This document shows positions 38,701 through 53,700 of a stretch of DNA of 64,000 nt, piece by piece. The notes below the pieces were generated by a model. That model saw only the letters and a list, made by a program, of their open reading frames with translations. It searched no databases and was not told the origin of the DNA. Origin of the DNA: an uncultured Gammaproteobacteria bacterium (GTDB lineage Bacteria > Patescibacteriota > Microgenomatia > UBA10105 > UBA927); NCBI GenBank assembly GCA_964629685.1, contig CAZVTT010000003.1:86038-150037 (forward strand). The letters run 5' to 3'. Both the position numbers and the translations under genes were made by a program. Numbering within the stretch: position 1 is the first letter of the stretch; every line of letters starts with the position of its first letter.

Positions 38701-41700
38701 CTGCTGAACCGTAGCTCCTTGTCCACCGACCGATTGATCCGCAGTAATGGGGATTGCTGCCACCGGTGGTACTACAACCACAGGAGCCTGCTGGTTAAAT
38801 TGACTCACAGCGGTTTGTGCTGATTCAAGCGCTAATTCGTTTGCTCTCGTTCTGACCGCCTGCTGAATCTGTTCATAGCCACGATATTGTGGCGTAACAA
38901 GTGTAGTAAGTGCTGTTTCCACGGGAGTTACCAATTGTGTTGGCAGTTGTACTTGATCAATCGGTATACCCTGAGCAAGCTGCGTTAAATAATACGATAC
39001 TATCGTGTCAACTGCAGGGGTATTCAACGCAGTAATCCGACGAACTTCTGCAGAAATTTCCTCCTGTGTCGGACCGGCAGGAAGTTGTGCTACCGGTGCG
39101 CTGTTTACCGGTGTAAATCCGGGAAGTCGAACTTGTGCTATATCACTATACCCATCCGCGGTGAAACCTACAGCAGTCGGATCCGTGATCACTTCTGTTC
39201 TTCCGTCCGCGTACACAACCCGGAACTCCTGCTGTTCAGATTCGTCTCGTTGCAATCGCAGCTGCATAAATCCTGCACGTGGTAACGAGGCAAATATATA
39301 TGTTCTTCCTGCATAGGTAACTCTGTATAATTCCCCTAATTTTTCAGGAGTATTTAAACCTTGGCGAGGATATGTAGTCATCAGTTCAACACGATAATCG
39401 GGAGATAGCAGCTCCGCCTGCATGCCCATAGCTCTCGCAAAGGCTACCGATTGCAAATTATGGGGGATAAATACTCCATCCTGATAAACCCCGCTAATAT
39501 ATGTAGAATATCGATTGCCATTTTCATATTCATCAAAAACTAAAGCACCATTAACGGCCTCATCCCCAATCTGAAGATCGGACAATGCGGACGCTATAAC
39601 TGAAGGAAGCTGTGAAATATTTTCAACATCTGACACCGGTACATCTACATATTTTCCATTTTGAATAGTCCTTAACGTAACGCGCCCTACAATGTGCAGT
39701 TGTGCAACATTTTGTTGTATTTGGGTTAACTCAGGTTCATTTACTCCCAATGAAATTAATATCTCCCTAGCTGCATCACCTTCATTACTAATCTCCTGTA
39801 CTGTAGACAATACCCGAACAATATCAACATATCTCATAGCCAATATTCTGGAATCCCCCCGAGCTATAGCGGCCTCAAACTCTTCAAATGCAGTTAATAA
39901 CTTAGTGCCAGTATTTGATTGCATTACTTTAGGCGTTATCGGATATCTTCTTAATATCGGCAAAAATCTTGAGGTGGGAACACTGTATTGTGTAAGTGCA
40001 CGGGTCACTTGTTCAGCTCGGCTTTTCTTCCCCTGATCAACAAGTGCGTCAACTAACGCTTGAATAAAAGTGTTTTGTACTATTCTGGAAGCGAGTGATG
40101 GTTGGTCATCCGCATTTATTTCCGGCTCTACGGGCGCTTGTGCCTGAACAATTTCTACTGCACCATCAGCATCATTATCAGTAACAACCACTCTTCTATC
40201 TTCTCCAATTTCCACCGTATCGCTTGGGGCAATTACGGCAGTATCCGTAACGGGGCTATCATTCACCATCAGCGGCTCTGCCGCCTGTTCTTCCGGTGGT
40301 CGTTGATCTGCAATCACCGTTTCGCCGGTCTCATTTTGGGTAATCACGATCGCCGGAACGTTTGGAGCATCCGATTCCGTAATCTCCCGCAGTTGAGTTG
40401 TGTTTGAGTCTACAATCACTGCTGTATCCGCATCGTCTACTTCTACGGATACATTGGAAACCGGTACCGGCAAATCTGACTGAGTTTGCGTATTCGTATC
40501 CGATTGATCCGTTGGGGCGGATTCTTCAGATGATTGGGAACCGGTATCCACTATTGCTCCCGGTGACTCCGGTCTGATGATGGTTACCACTGGTGCGGGA
40601 ATTATACGTTGAATAATAGGGGTACTTCCCAAGGTTTGGCGCATATCATTCATTGCCAACTGTACCCGGGCAGACAATGGTGTTTGGGTTGCCAAACCCA
40701 ACTGTCCGTCTGCATTCCGTACTACCGTAACCGGACGCGTTTCAGAAAGAATAATATCCCCTGGCTGTAACGTTACCGACGTTTCCCGGACTTCCAATAT
40801 CTGCCCGTTGCGCAGAATATGTGCCGGTATGGCCTGACCACCGACCCCCACGTTCGCCGTAAATTGCAACCCGTTGGTAATTGTCTGCACCCGTCCTCCG
40901 GTTACCCGGTACGGCTGATTTGCGTCGACGGCGATAAACGGTAATCGCTGTACTGTCGGGGTAGATTCTGCCGGCGCCTGTCGCACAAATATGCCCGCCA
41001 GGAAACCGCCGATACCCGTCGGTGCGGTTTGCTGCGCTCGCAGATCCGTAAGACTTTGGGCTAACGCGATGCGCTGTTGATCTGTTTGTTCCAATCGCTG
41101 TTGAATATCCCGATACATCACCAATGTGGAAAATGCAGCCGGATCGTTTACCCGAATAACCGATTGGGTACCGCGAAGTACCAGTCCGTCACGGGTTATC
41201 CGATTAAATGCCTCAAGCGACAATTGACCTGTAGGCATTTCCATCCCCTCAGGTAATAAATAGGTAGTTCTGCCCGGTACAATCTGACCGCGTACCACGT
41301 CGCGCCCCAAAGCATCAAAACTGATTATCTGTTGAGACGGATCACGGACGAACACCGGTGTCGTATTTATCATGAGCGCGTCACCCCTACGGATACCGCC
41401 GGATAAAGCACCGATAGTTGTCCTGGTAAGCTGTCCCTGACTTTCCAGTACGGTGATCTGGTCCCGCAGCGCCAATTGTTGTGTCTGCAACGGTCCGGGA
41501 ATATTCCGGAGTGTTTCCAACTCATCCTGCAGTATTCTGATGGTCTGCTGCGTATTTCTTGCCTGGAAAATAGTATTTAGAACCGGAACTGTCGAGAATG
41601 CTGGCTGCGGCAGTTGTGCTAACCGGGTTTGAACCGCAAGCGGAAACGCCGTAACATTGGCAAGTCCACTCCTTCTGGTTGCCTGCTCTGCGATCACTTG

Positions 41701-44700
41701 TGATTGTTGAACCTGTTCCTGTGACGCCGTATATGCCCGGGTAATATCCAATACCTGCGTGTTGTTCCCTTGGGGTATACGTAATTCATTCATCACCCGC
41801 GGATCAATGGACGTCTGAATTCTACCCACTAAATCAGTTAATGTTCTGGCGGAATTTAACGGTTGAGCTGCACCTGTCTGCTGGTTCGTCGGAAGAATAT
41901 CGGCAAGTTCGAATCGCTCCCGCGCGACATCAACCCTGTTCGTATATACTTCCCGTGCCGCCGGTGTTAAGCGTTCTATACCGGTTATTCCCCGGAGAAA
42001 TCCCTGTGCCCGATTCACGGAATTCAATACGTCTTGAGCGCCGGTAATTTCCCTAAAGCCGATGGTGGAATCCAAGTCAGTCGTTCGTCGGTATTCTGTC
42101 CGTAAGTTATCAAAATACTCGGTCGTTTGTCGGTTCGGATCTACACCGAGCAATCGTTCCAGCGCTGTCGGTTCTCGACGGGAAGCAAGTTCCATTTCAT
42201 TTATAACGGAAAGCGGCAAATTATCGGCTACCCGTTTGGCAGCTGCGAGTTCATTCCGTTGAGTGAGCAACGCTTCGTTCCGGGCGAAAAAGTCACGTGC
42301 TGTGGCAATATTCGCTAACTCGGCAGCCGGTACGTTCATACCCACCACTTCTAACCGTGAATACTCTCCGCTGCGGCCACGGTCACGACCGACGGCCTGC
42401 AGGAATGTGGTCTGGGTTGTATCCGTTCCCACGACGACGGTAAACCGTTCGGTTGATCGTGTATACAGATCCGTACCGTAATGAGAACCGTATTCGATTA
42501 CTGTCAGCAATGTTCTTTGACTATTACTGCCGTTCCGGTACGTTTCCATCGTGGCATCAACGCTTCGCAAATCATTGAGACGGATTTCTGTACCGTCTGC
42601 CCGGATAAGCCGGTGTTCACCACTGGGACTCACCACCAAAATATCGGCATCAGGTTGGGCACGGGACGCCTGTTCCCGAATCGTCCGCGACGATTGTTCT
42701 CCGGTAGCTATAACAACTATTTCAATATTTCCCCGTCGACCCTGCGTAATGGCAGTTCCGATATTTGCTGCATCTGCCACCCGGAATTCTGCAGGTTTGT
42801 GCGCAGCACCATCACTCAATACATAGTCCACCTGCCCGACAGGACTGGCATTCAGGGAAATACCATGTACTTTTTCAAATTGATTCCGGACATATTCCGG
42901 CGTTCCGGTAAATCCGAATATTTCCGAAAAATTCTGCATGAACAGCGCGTAATTTGTTCCTTTTGCCGTGCTGGTAACACTCACATCACCCAGATTTACC
43001 TCTACACGCCTGCCGATGCCTTCCAGCATCGCACCGCCTACATACTCAAGCGCCAACGCATCAAATGAACGGGATGGTGTCCGTTCTGTCGGGGCTGCTT
43101 CGTCGCGCAATCCGACCCGTTCACGACCTTCGCGGGTAACAACGCCAAAATCCACATCTACCCGTTTTCCGAGCATGTCCACTATACTTCCGGCAGCAGA
43201 ACGGGCTTCCGTAAAGTTCCCACGCAGGGTATTGGCGACTGATTCCCCAAGTCCGAAATTGTCTCCGTTCTGAAATCGTACGAGTGCTTCCTGACGCTGT
43301 GCTTCAGTGCCGGTAAATATTCTGTCACGGGCAGCTTCAGCGGCAGCTCTCTGTGACGGTTCCATTCTGCTTATCGCGACATCAAACATTTCGGTATATA
43401 ACCTATTCTGTGCAGCCTGATCTACAATCACGCCGCGCCCTTCACGGATCTCTATTCCCAGGGAACTTCTGGCACCGACAATATCACCCAATCTGGCCAG
43501 CTCAATAGCGCGTTGCACCGACGTACTGCGCGATATGACGGATTCAAACGTAGTAATAAATGTCCTACCCTGTTCATTCTGAGAAAGCACAATCCGTTCA
43601 CCCTCGCTGATGATGTAATCCACGTCAAGTCGTAAAGAGAGTTGGGCTTCGTCGGCAACCAACACCGCACCTTGTGCCTTTTCCATTACCGCTCTGCCCT
43701 GCTCGCCTTTTATTGATTCGTAGATAACGTCCTTCGTGGTCAGGAAAATTCTCCCTTGACCGACTTCCGCTGCCGTCCGCTGTGCGCCATCCAATAAAAC
43801 GACTCGGTTCCCTAAGGCTTCGGTTAACTGCTGTTCCACACGTACGCGCTGCTCATTGGAAAGTTGCGAGAACGATCGGACACCTTCCGGCATTTCTGCA
43901 AACTGTGTCGCGAAATTAAATAAATCGTTACTGGTGTTAAATAATCCGAATACGTCTTTCCCGGTCATTTCCGCTTTTAACGAAATAATTGCGGGAATAA
44001 TGGTTGATGATTTACCCACACCGGTAATAGCTTCATAGAGCGTTCCGACAGGCCCATCTGTGCGTTGGCCGATATTCAGCATGGCATCGACAATGAGTCG
44101 TTGCTGATTAAACTCCACGGATTCAAAACCACGTACACCCTGCAATTTTCCGCCACTGGTTTCTATCAGTCGCTGTTCTACGATTGCTAATTCACGGTTT
44201 ACTCTGTTTATCTGTGTCTGCACGTCTGCCGTCACTGCCGTGTTTGCCACTACACGGGTAGATGTCACCAACGTATCCCGCGGTAGCGTTCCGGTTATCT
44301 GACTATTCTCCAGTACATATAACGACCGGCCTTCTGCCAGTATCTCCACCCGTTGACCACCACTGAATTCCAGTACCATTCGTCCCTCACGGGTACCGAT
44401 TGCATCACGCAGTTCTGTCGTCGTACGGATTTCCCGGGGTAAATTCAGCCGTTCACCGCCTATTTCTATACCCGTCACCGCTGCACGGGTTCCGTCAAAC
44501 CCACGGATTTCACTGCGTACTTCTACAATCGGTCTTCCCTCGGGAGTGGTTTGCTGGAAACCTTCCTGTACTGCGCGATAGGCATCGACTTGGCTTTGAC
44601 CACGACCAACCAGCCGACCGAGAGCATTCGGACTCTCCGCACTACCAAGTATTCCATCAGCAATTCTTTGCGTTACTGACCGCTGTGTGTTTACCTGGAC

Positions 44701-47700
44701 CGGTGCAATTTCAGCACGCGGAATGGCAGTGGCAACGATCTGCACCTGCCCGTTCCCGACTGTCCCGACGACCTGATTGTTATTCACCAATCTGTCACCG
44801 GTCTCAAATACAAAATTCGCTTCAACCGGTATCCGTTGTACGGTCCCGTTCACCGTTCGTTCTACCACTAAATTCGGCGGAACCGTTTGTCCTGCCTGGG
44901 TTTGCAGTTGTAACGTTCCATTGGTGTTTACCACGGCTATTTCCTGTCCCTGGCCAACCGGGACTCTGGTCGGTAAACTCGCTCCTTGTGGCACCGGTTG
45001 CGCGACGTTAGCTGGAGGCCCGGAGACTTGAACTCGTGTATTCCCAGGAGCATATGCCGTTGCAGTGTTAACGACACCTGTTTCTCCGGTAGCTAATCGG
45101 GTGGGCGCAGCGAGTATGGCTTCATTACCGGAACGGGTTACGTAATCACTTGGTCTGAGTTCGTATGATTGACCACGTTCCATCACAATGGTCGTTCTGG
45201 TACCGTTTTCTGTTTGGGTCACCAGTCTAACTTCACCGGTTGTTCCTTCGGCTACCCGAACCCTGGCTACTTCGCCTTCCCGATATACTTCCAGAACCTG
45301 CTGATTCCTGCCCTCTCCGTATGTTAATGTCGTCGGCCGTTCTGCAGTTCCCGCTATTTCCAACGCGGTAGATCTGTCTACCCGACTACTTTGTGTACGG
45401 TATAACTGTATACCGAGTCCGATAGGATCTGACACCAACTGTCCGCCACGTGCCAGTAATGCGGTAACACCACCTTGTTCGTAAAACTGTGTCGTAGCGC
45501 GGCCTTCTGCACGGCCGAGCGCAGTATCGGGTCGAAGGAAATGGGTAAACGGACTTGCAAGCTGTAACGCTAATGCACTGCCGAGTGTATGGCCTATCCT
45601 GTCGGCATAACAGGTCGATTCCTGTTCCTGATCATCTATAATGCCTTCACCGGATAAATCACGGCAACCGGAGTTGCCCACTATCGTTTCCATGACACCC
45701 TTCCCGACAGCAGCACCGAGCGGCAGAACAATGTGTTCACCGATGGTCTTAAATTCCACATACCCGATAATGGAGCTTTGAAGTGCCTGAGTCGCACCCA
45801 ACCGTGCACCCGCACGACCGACTACTCCTTCGGATAATAACCCCGCAGATCCGAGTGAAATGCCCCGCGCGAGAGATTGAATTGGTGCCAAGCCGAAGTA
45901 TATGTCTCCGGCGGCACTCATACCGTATTCCATCGTGGTAGCTATTACGTTCCCAATATCATTTTGACCTGAAAATATTTCAGACCTCGCGAGAATGTCA
46001 CAACCCCGTGAACCGCCTACAAAACAGACAAAATCTATAGCAGTAGACACATTGCTTTCCGTAAGTGGACCTGCGGTATTGCCGCCGGTAATCCATCCGG
46101 CAATATTCTGTCCGGTAATAAAGTCTAAACTGGAACGGCTGGCATCACCTGCCAATGCGCCCAACATTTCTATCCGGTATCCAAGGTCAAGCGCATCTCC
46201 GACGATAGGCACCCATCCGTACGTCGTTTGTACCAACGCACCGACGGTTCCACCCAACGCCTGGAATGTATGGTCAATCGCAGTGGAAATCTGCAGATTC
46301 CCTAAGTCGCTGCCGACTGCAGAGATGTTCGTATACGCCCGTTCAATCCGACCTACCTGTTGCGCCGTTCCGTCCAATCCTAATAATGCAAAATTGCTGG
46401 CAAGAAAAACACGCTGGGCAATATTCCCGCCGTGATCGCCGGTTAACGCCAAATTCGCACCCATGGACCGCTCATACAGATCCCGAGCCCCATCCTCTCC
46501 TCCTAACGCATACGCAAACCCTACCAGAGGAGCTGCAATTAAATTATCCAATCCGCCATCGTCCGCCATACTGAATGCCATATTGGCTGCCACAAAATTC
46601 CGGTTAAAATTCTGGGCGCCTTCGATTCCCATAATGTCGATGTAGGCACCGGCCATAAACCCGGCCAGACCGCCTTCATCGCGCGCCGCATCAGCGGCCT
46701 GACTCCGTAACTCACGCTCCCGTGCAGCGATATCAATATTTATTTCATACTGTGCCAGAGACCGTTCCCCGCGTACGAATTCCATGCCGTATAAATCATC
46801 CGCCTGAGCCTGAACAACCAATTTTTGCTGATCGAGTGACCAGGATGTACCGGTGTTGATCATGGCTGCCACCATTTCCCGGTCACCGAACATGTGCATA
46901 TAGCCTTCGGGATCACTCAAATAGTCTTCCCACACGCCACCATTGTCGAACGCACCGATAGTTCCGTCACCCGTACACTGATATCCCGCTGTATTCAACA
47001 TTTCCTGATAGTTCGGACAAATGGCACCATCGCAACTGTAATCACAGGCAATAGCCCCTAGTCGCTCGCGCGTGGCAGGATCGTCATGTAACGCCTGCAT
47101 AAACGCCTGACTTTGCGTCAAACGCACCTGCATAGTATTTACGGACATATCTGCCGAATACATCCCCTGATAACTGACCCAATTGCAGGTCGTTCCGTGA
47201 CAGACATATACTTCCATTACCTGTTCCGGGGAATCACTTAATCCGTTATCGATATTACCGGGATCAAAAATATACATACTGGTTGTTCTGACTCCACCGT
47301 CAGACCAGTGGAATCCGACACTGCCGCCTGTCAGTAATGCACCCTGTTCCTGAGCTGTTAGCGTCCTGGGGACAAACTCCGCCAGTTCTTCAAAACTGGA
47401 AACCGTCACTACCCGACCGCGGGGATTTTGCGGAGAAAACACCGTACATTGCATTTCTGCATTCGTCTGTGTTTGAGTCGACGTATTGCAGGTGACATAA
47501 CTATTGCCGTTTTCTACCCAATCGTCAGCAAACTCGCCGGAAAACGTTTCCTGATATTGTCTGGTTAACGGATCTAACTGTGTTTTAATGCTATACGCAA
47601 CCTGTTGGCACTCGGCAGCAAATCCGGTTGTTCCGGACTGCGTACACATTTCCGAACCGGCAAGCACCGTATTCACCCGCGTGTCTATTTCCTGCTGACG

Positions 47701-50700
47701 TAATTCCAGACAAGCGGTATCGTCAATTTCGCATTGTCTTGCACTCTGATACACATCAATGATGCCGGATTGCAACGTCATGAACTGATTAAAGCGTTCC
47801 ACTTCCTGCCCCGCGTTAGCAGCCAACTCTTGCCTGCTCTCACACGTAACGTCAGTCCTGACACAATTCTGACCGGTGGTAATTAAGCTATTTAACGTAG
47901 TTTCCGCGGTGGCAAGTCGTGCTTCTGCCGCAGCGCACGCACCTTCTGCGTTACGGTCACAGGACAGCACTCCCAAACGGGCTTCCTGATATTCCGTCAG
48001 CGCTCCGCTCACATCTCCGGAATATTCATATAAACTGGATAGCGTTGTAATTTGACGCAGCGTCTGATTCTCCATACGGGTAGCTTCTGCATGACACTCT
48101 TCAACATTCGCTGCCCGCTGACAGACGTTTGCTTCCGTCAGGTTGAGTGTATCTCGCGCCAACTCGAGACATCGCTGTAATTCGGTATCGTTCTGGCTGT
48201 TTCTGGCCATACAGCCTTGAGCACTTTGGTAATTTGACTGATTGGCGACCGTCAGTTCAAATCCGGCTACAATATTCAGACACCTATTTGTTGTGCCCTG
48301 ATTCGCAGCACATTCACCCTGCGCGGAAAATTGCTGTAGGTTGTTGGAATAGGCGTTCTGACAGATGGATAAAGTCGCGTCACTGTTGGCGTTCTGTACG
48401 CAATTTGTATACTGCTCACGGTACTCAATAAGTTGGTCCTGTTGTCTGGCCACAAACGCATACTGCTGTAATGACGTACCCACCTGTAACCCCGTGCGCG
48501 CGACCGTCAAACGGCAGGTTTCTTCATCACTGGATTCATCACATAATCTGGCTTGTTGGGCGGAAATCTGACTTCGGGCTGTTTCAATACAGGCATCCTG
48601 TGCTTCTTTTGTAGACTGACGGTCAATACAGTTTTGCGCCATGCGGGTATATGAATCCGTCCGTGAACTTAAGTCATAACTCACTAACACATCCGCGCAG
48701 CGTTGCGGTGATCTTTCGCATTCGGTAGTCGATTCCAGTCTCCCCACCACACAGGCACGTCTGCTTTCTTCATCTTGAGCTTTTATGGCACAGCGTTCGT
48801 ACTCTTCACTGTTATAAATATCCCGGATCTGTTCCTGTGTCCTGAGTGCGAATGCGTATTGGTTCAAAGACGTGGTTGTTTGGCTGATCAGCTGACCGGC
48901 GTTCTGTTCACAGGTTTTCTGATCACCGGCTTGCGCACAATAATCCGAAATATAATCTGCCATCACCGTCCGTACTGCCGCGACACATCTGGCGTTTCGG
49001 GACTGCGCCGTTGCGTCTCCGAATGAATTCGTGTCTCCCGAACCAGAAGTATTTTCTATACAGGATTCCGAACCGGCAATACTTCCCTGTAATGCGAGGT
49101 TTATCTGATACCCTGCTACCACGTCGCGACACGCATTGGTATTTTTTGTATTTGCTTTACACTCTTCATTTGTCGTTGCATAATTTCGGATTGCGCTGTC
49201 ACGTTGCTGTAAACAGATTTCGTCAGGGGTGCTCCCGGCAGCACAGGTTTCATATGCATCCGCAATCAGATCAAGCCGGGACTGTTGGCGGGTAGAAAAT
49301 GCATATTCATTCAGTGAAGTATTTACCTGTTGCCACGATCTGCGGGCTTGCTGCTCACAGGCAGCCACGTCTGCAGCGGTGGCACATAAATCTTTTACTT
49401 CTTTGTCGTTTAATCCCTGCGTTACCGAAATACACCGTGCCTGTGTTTCCGCTGCCGTCGCTCCGTTATCTGCCGCTGAAGCCACACAGCTTTGTCCGGC
49501 AGTTGCCCACCGTTCCAGTGCCGCATTCACCTGGTAGTTTGCGGCCAGATCCTGACACTTCCGGGTGCTGCCGGCATTCTCCGCACATTCTCCCTGACTG
49601 GCAAAATTGGTAAACGAACTCCTCCGCGCGTTCTCACATACCACTAACGGTTGTCCGGTTTCCACACAAGCGTCGTAATCATCTGAAATTTCGGTTAATG
49701 CAGTTTGCTGTCTAATAACAAACGAATATTCGGTAAGTTGAGTCTGTGTTTGGCGGATTGTTCTGTTGGCATCATTTGTACACGATTCAACATCTGCCGC
49801 GTTTGCACAATACCGGCTAACCCGCTCACTCATTACCGTTTGTACTGCATCGACACACCGCTTTTGCTGTACTGCGTCTGCACCAGCCCGTTCGATACAT
49901 GATTGGGAGCCAGCCGTACTGCCGCGTAAACTGGTACTAACCTGATAACTTGCCAAAATATTCTGACACGCCGCAGTATTCCCGGAATTCGCTGCACATT
50001 CACCACTTGATACCAATGTTCTCCACTCCGCATCACGCTGCCCCTCACAGACACTACCGGGAATACCCTGGTTTACGCACTCGTTCACATCATCACCAAT
50101 TTCACTAATTCTTGCCTGAGTCCGAACATTAAATGCGTAGGTAGTTAACTGGCGCTGAGTTTGTCTTACGGAGGATTCCGCTTCAGAACGGCAGGCTTGC
50201 TGATCAGCTGCATTCCGGCATATTTCTGCTATGCGGGCATTCATGACTGTTTCGACCGCATCCACACAGCGCTCTTGTTGGCCGGCATCGGATTCCGCCC
50301 GTTCAATACAGGATTGGGATCCGGTGGAACTTCCCCGTAAAGATGCATTGATCTGATAACTCGCCAGAATATTCTGACACGTTGCAGTTCTTCCGGCATT
50401 TTCCGCACATTCGCCGGTGGAAACAACGCTCCGCCAGGACGCGTTACGTTGACTTTCGCAAATACTTGTTGGTATTCCCTGGCTTACACAGGTATTCAGT
50501 TGTGTATTTATTTCATCTATGCGTTCTTGCGTCCGGACATTAAACGCATATGATGTGAGTTGTGACTGTGTTCGTGATACCGCAAGAGCAGCTTCCTGAC
50601 GACAATTCTGCTCATCTGCTGCGTTACGACAATAATCGTCAATCCGCTCATCCATTACCGTTCGTACCGCATCGACACAGCGCTCTTGTTGCGCAGCATC

Positions 50701-53700
50701 TGTTCCCGCCCGTTCTATACAGGATTGGGATCCGGCAGTACTTCCGCGGAGACTTGTCGTAATCTGATAATTTACCAATAGACTCTGACAGGTGTTTCTA
50801 TTTTGCGCTTGTGCACATTCTCCACCGGATACCAACCTATTCCATGCCGTATCCCGTTGACTTTCACAAACGCTTCCGGGAATACCCTGATTTACGCAGG
50901 TATTAACCTGCTCACCTATTTCGTTGATTTGCGTCTGAATTCGGACATTAAATGCATAGTCAGTTAATCGTGATTGAGACTGAATTACGGATGTTGTTCC
51001 TTGCCTCCGACAGGCAGCAACGTCTGCTGCGTTAGCACAGAATTGAGTTATTCTGTCATTCATCACTGTCTGCACCGCAGCCACACAGCGCTCTTGTTGC
51101 GCAGCATCATCTCCGGCCCGTTCGATACATGCTTGTGAGCCGGCCGTACTGGCCCGCAGACTCGTATTTACCTGATAACCCGCTAATATGTTCCGACAGG
51201 TTGCATTATTGTCTTCCTCCGCACATTCTCCGGAATTTACTAAGCTTCTCCATGCTGCATTTCGCTCACTTTCACAAATACTTCCCGGTATCCCCTGATT
51301 TATGCAGGTATTCACGCGTTCGCCAATTTCTGCTATCTGAGTTTGTGTCCTGACGGTGAACGCGTATTCGTTTAACTGAGACTGAGTGCGGATAACGGAT
51401 ATATTTGCCTGAGAACGACAATTATTCTGATCTGCAGCATTCCGGCAAATCTCTGCGATCCGCTCGTCCATTACGGTATCCACCGCCGCTATACATCGCT
51501 CTTGTTGGGCTGCATCAGAACCAGCCCGTTCAATACAGGATTGGGATCCCGCCGTACTCCCCCGCAGACTCGTACTAACCTGGTAACTTGCCAGTATGTT
51601 TTGACACGTGGCGGTATTTCCTGAAGTTGCTGCGCATTCTCCGCTCGATACCAACGTCCTCCAGGCAGCGTCCCTTTGACTCTCACATATACTCCCGGGA
51701 ATTCCTTGTCGCACACATTCGTTAAGTTCATCTCCTATTTCCGTTATTTGCGTTTGCGTACGAACGTTAAATGCGTATTGATTCAATTGCGTTTGCGTAC
51801 GGGTTACGGAAATATTGGATTGTGATATACAGGCTGTTTGATCTGCAGCGTTCCGACAAATTTCATCAATCCGATCATTCATAACGGTCTCAACGGCGTC
51901 TATACACCGCTGCTGCTGAGCCACATCCGTTCCAGCCCGCTCTATACAAGATTGCGATCCTGCTGTGCTTCCCCTCAAACTCGTACTTACCTGATAACTT
52001 GCCAATAAATTTCGGCAGGCAGCAGTATTGTCTGAATTGGCAGCACATTCGCCGGTAGAAACAAGCGTACGCCAGGCGGCATCGCGTTGACTTTCACAAA
52101 TACTTCCGGGAATTCCCTGTCGCACACATTCATTTACATCCTGGCCGATTTGATCGATTTGTGTCTGAGTCCTGACGTTAAATGCGTACTCCTCAAGTTG
52201 TGTCTGTGTCTGATTCACTGATCGGGTTGCCTGTGATCTACACGTGGATTGATCTGCAGCATTTCGGCAGATATCTGCAATTCGGTCGTTCATCACAGTC
52301 TCTACCGCGTCAACACACCGCTGTTGCTGTACTGCATCAGCTCCTGCCCGCTCGATACAGGACTGTGAACCTGCCGTACTGCCACGAAGACTGGTATTTA
52401 CCTGATAATTTGCCAAAACATTTTGGCAGGTATCGGCATTTCGCACTTCCGCGCATTCACCTGTAGTTAGTAGCGTTCTCCAGGCGGTGTCACGTATACC
52501 TTCACAGACACTGCCCGGAATACCCTGATTTACACACGTATTTACCTGTTCACCTATTTCGCTGATCTGTGTTTGGGTCCGTACGGTAAATGCATATGAA
52601 TTAAGCTGCGTTTGTGTTTGAGATACTGCGGCAAGGCCCTGAGACCGACAACCGCTCTGATCTGCCGCGTTACGGCAAATATCGTCGATCCTATCGCTCA
52701 TAACCGTGCGGACTGCATCCACGCAGCGCTCTTGCTGCGCAACGTCGTCACCGGCTCTTTCAATACAGGATTGGGAGCCAGCCGTACTGCCGCGTAAGCT
52801 GGTGCTAACCTGATAGTTTGCTAAAACATTTTGGCAGGTAGCGGTATTCCCTGAATTCGCAGCACATTCACCGCTGGTTATCAGCGTGCGCCAGGCGGCA
52901 TCGCGCTGACTTTCACAAATACTGCCCGGAATTCCCTGATTTACACAGGTGTTTATCTGCTCGCCTATGTCGGCTATTTGTGTCTGCGTTCTCACGGTGA
53001 AGGCATATTGATTGAGCTGTGTCTGTGCTCTGGTAACGGATAAATTCGCCTGAGATCGGCACTCATCCTGATCTGCTGCATTCCGGCAAATATCTGCAAT
53101 CCGCTCATCCATTACGGTATCCACCGCCGCTACACATCGCTCTTGCTGAGCCACATCAGCTCCCGCACGTTCTATACACGATTGGGACCCTGCCGTACTG
53201 CCGCGTAAACTGGTATTTACCTGATAATTCGCCAATAGATTCTGGCAGTTAGCGGTGTTGGCGGAATTTGCAGCACATTCTCCGGAAGTTACAATATTTC
53301 TCCAGGATTGATCCCGTTGGCTCTCGCATATACTCCCGGGTATTCCCTGACCGATACAGGTATTCATTTGTTCACTCGCCTGTTCAATTTGCGTTTGCGT
53401 CCTGACGGAAAACGCATATGCTGTTAAATCATTCTGCGTTTGCGTTAAGGAACGGTTTGCCTGCGTCCGACATGCTGTCTGATCTGCCGCGTTACGGCAA
53501 ACTTCTGAAACCCGCTCATTCATGACGGTTTCAACCGCTGCCACACACCGCTCCTGTTGAGCGACATCAGTTCCGGCCCGTTCTATGCATGATTGGGATC
53601 CAGCAGTACTTCCGCGCAGACTGGCGCTAACCTGATACCCTGCTAATATATTTTGGCAAGTTGCTGTGTTCCCTGAATTTGCAGCGCATTCGCCGGTGGT

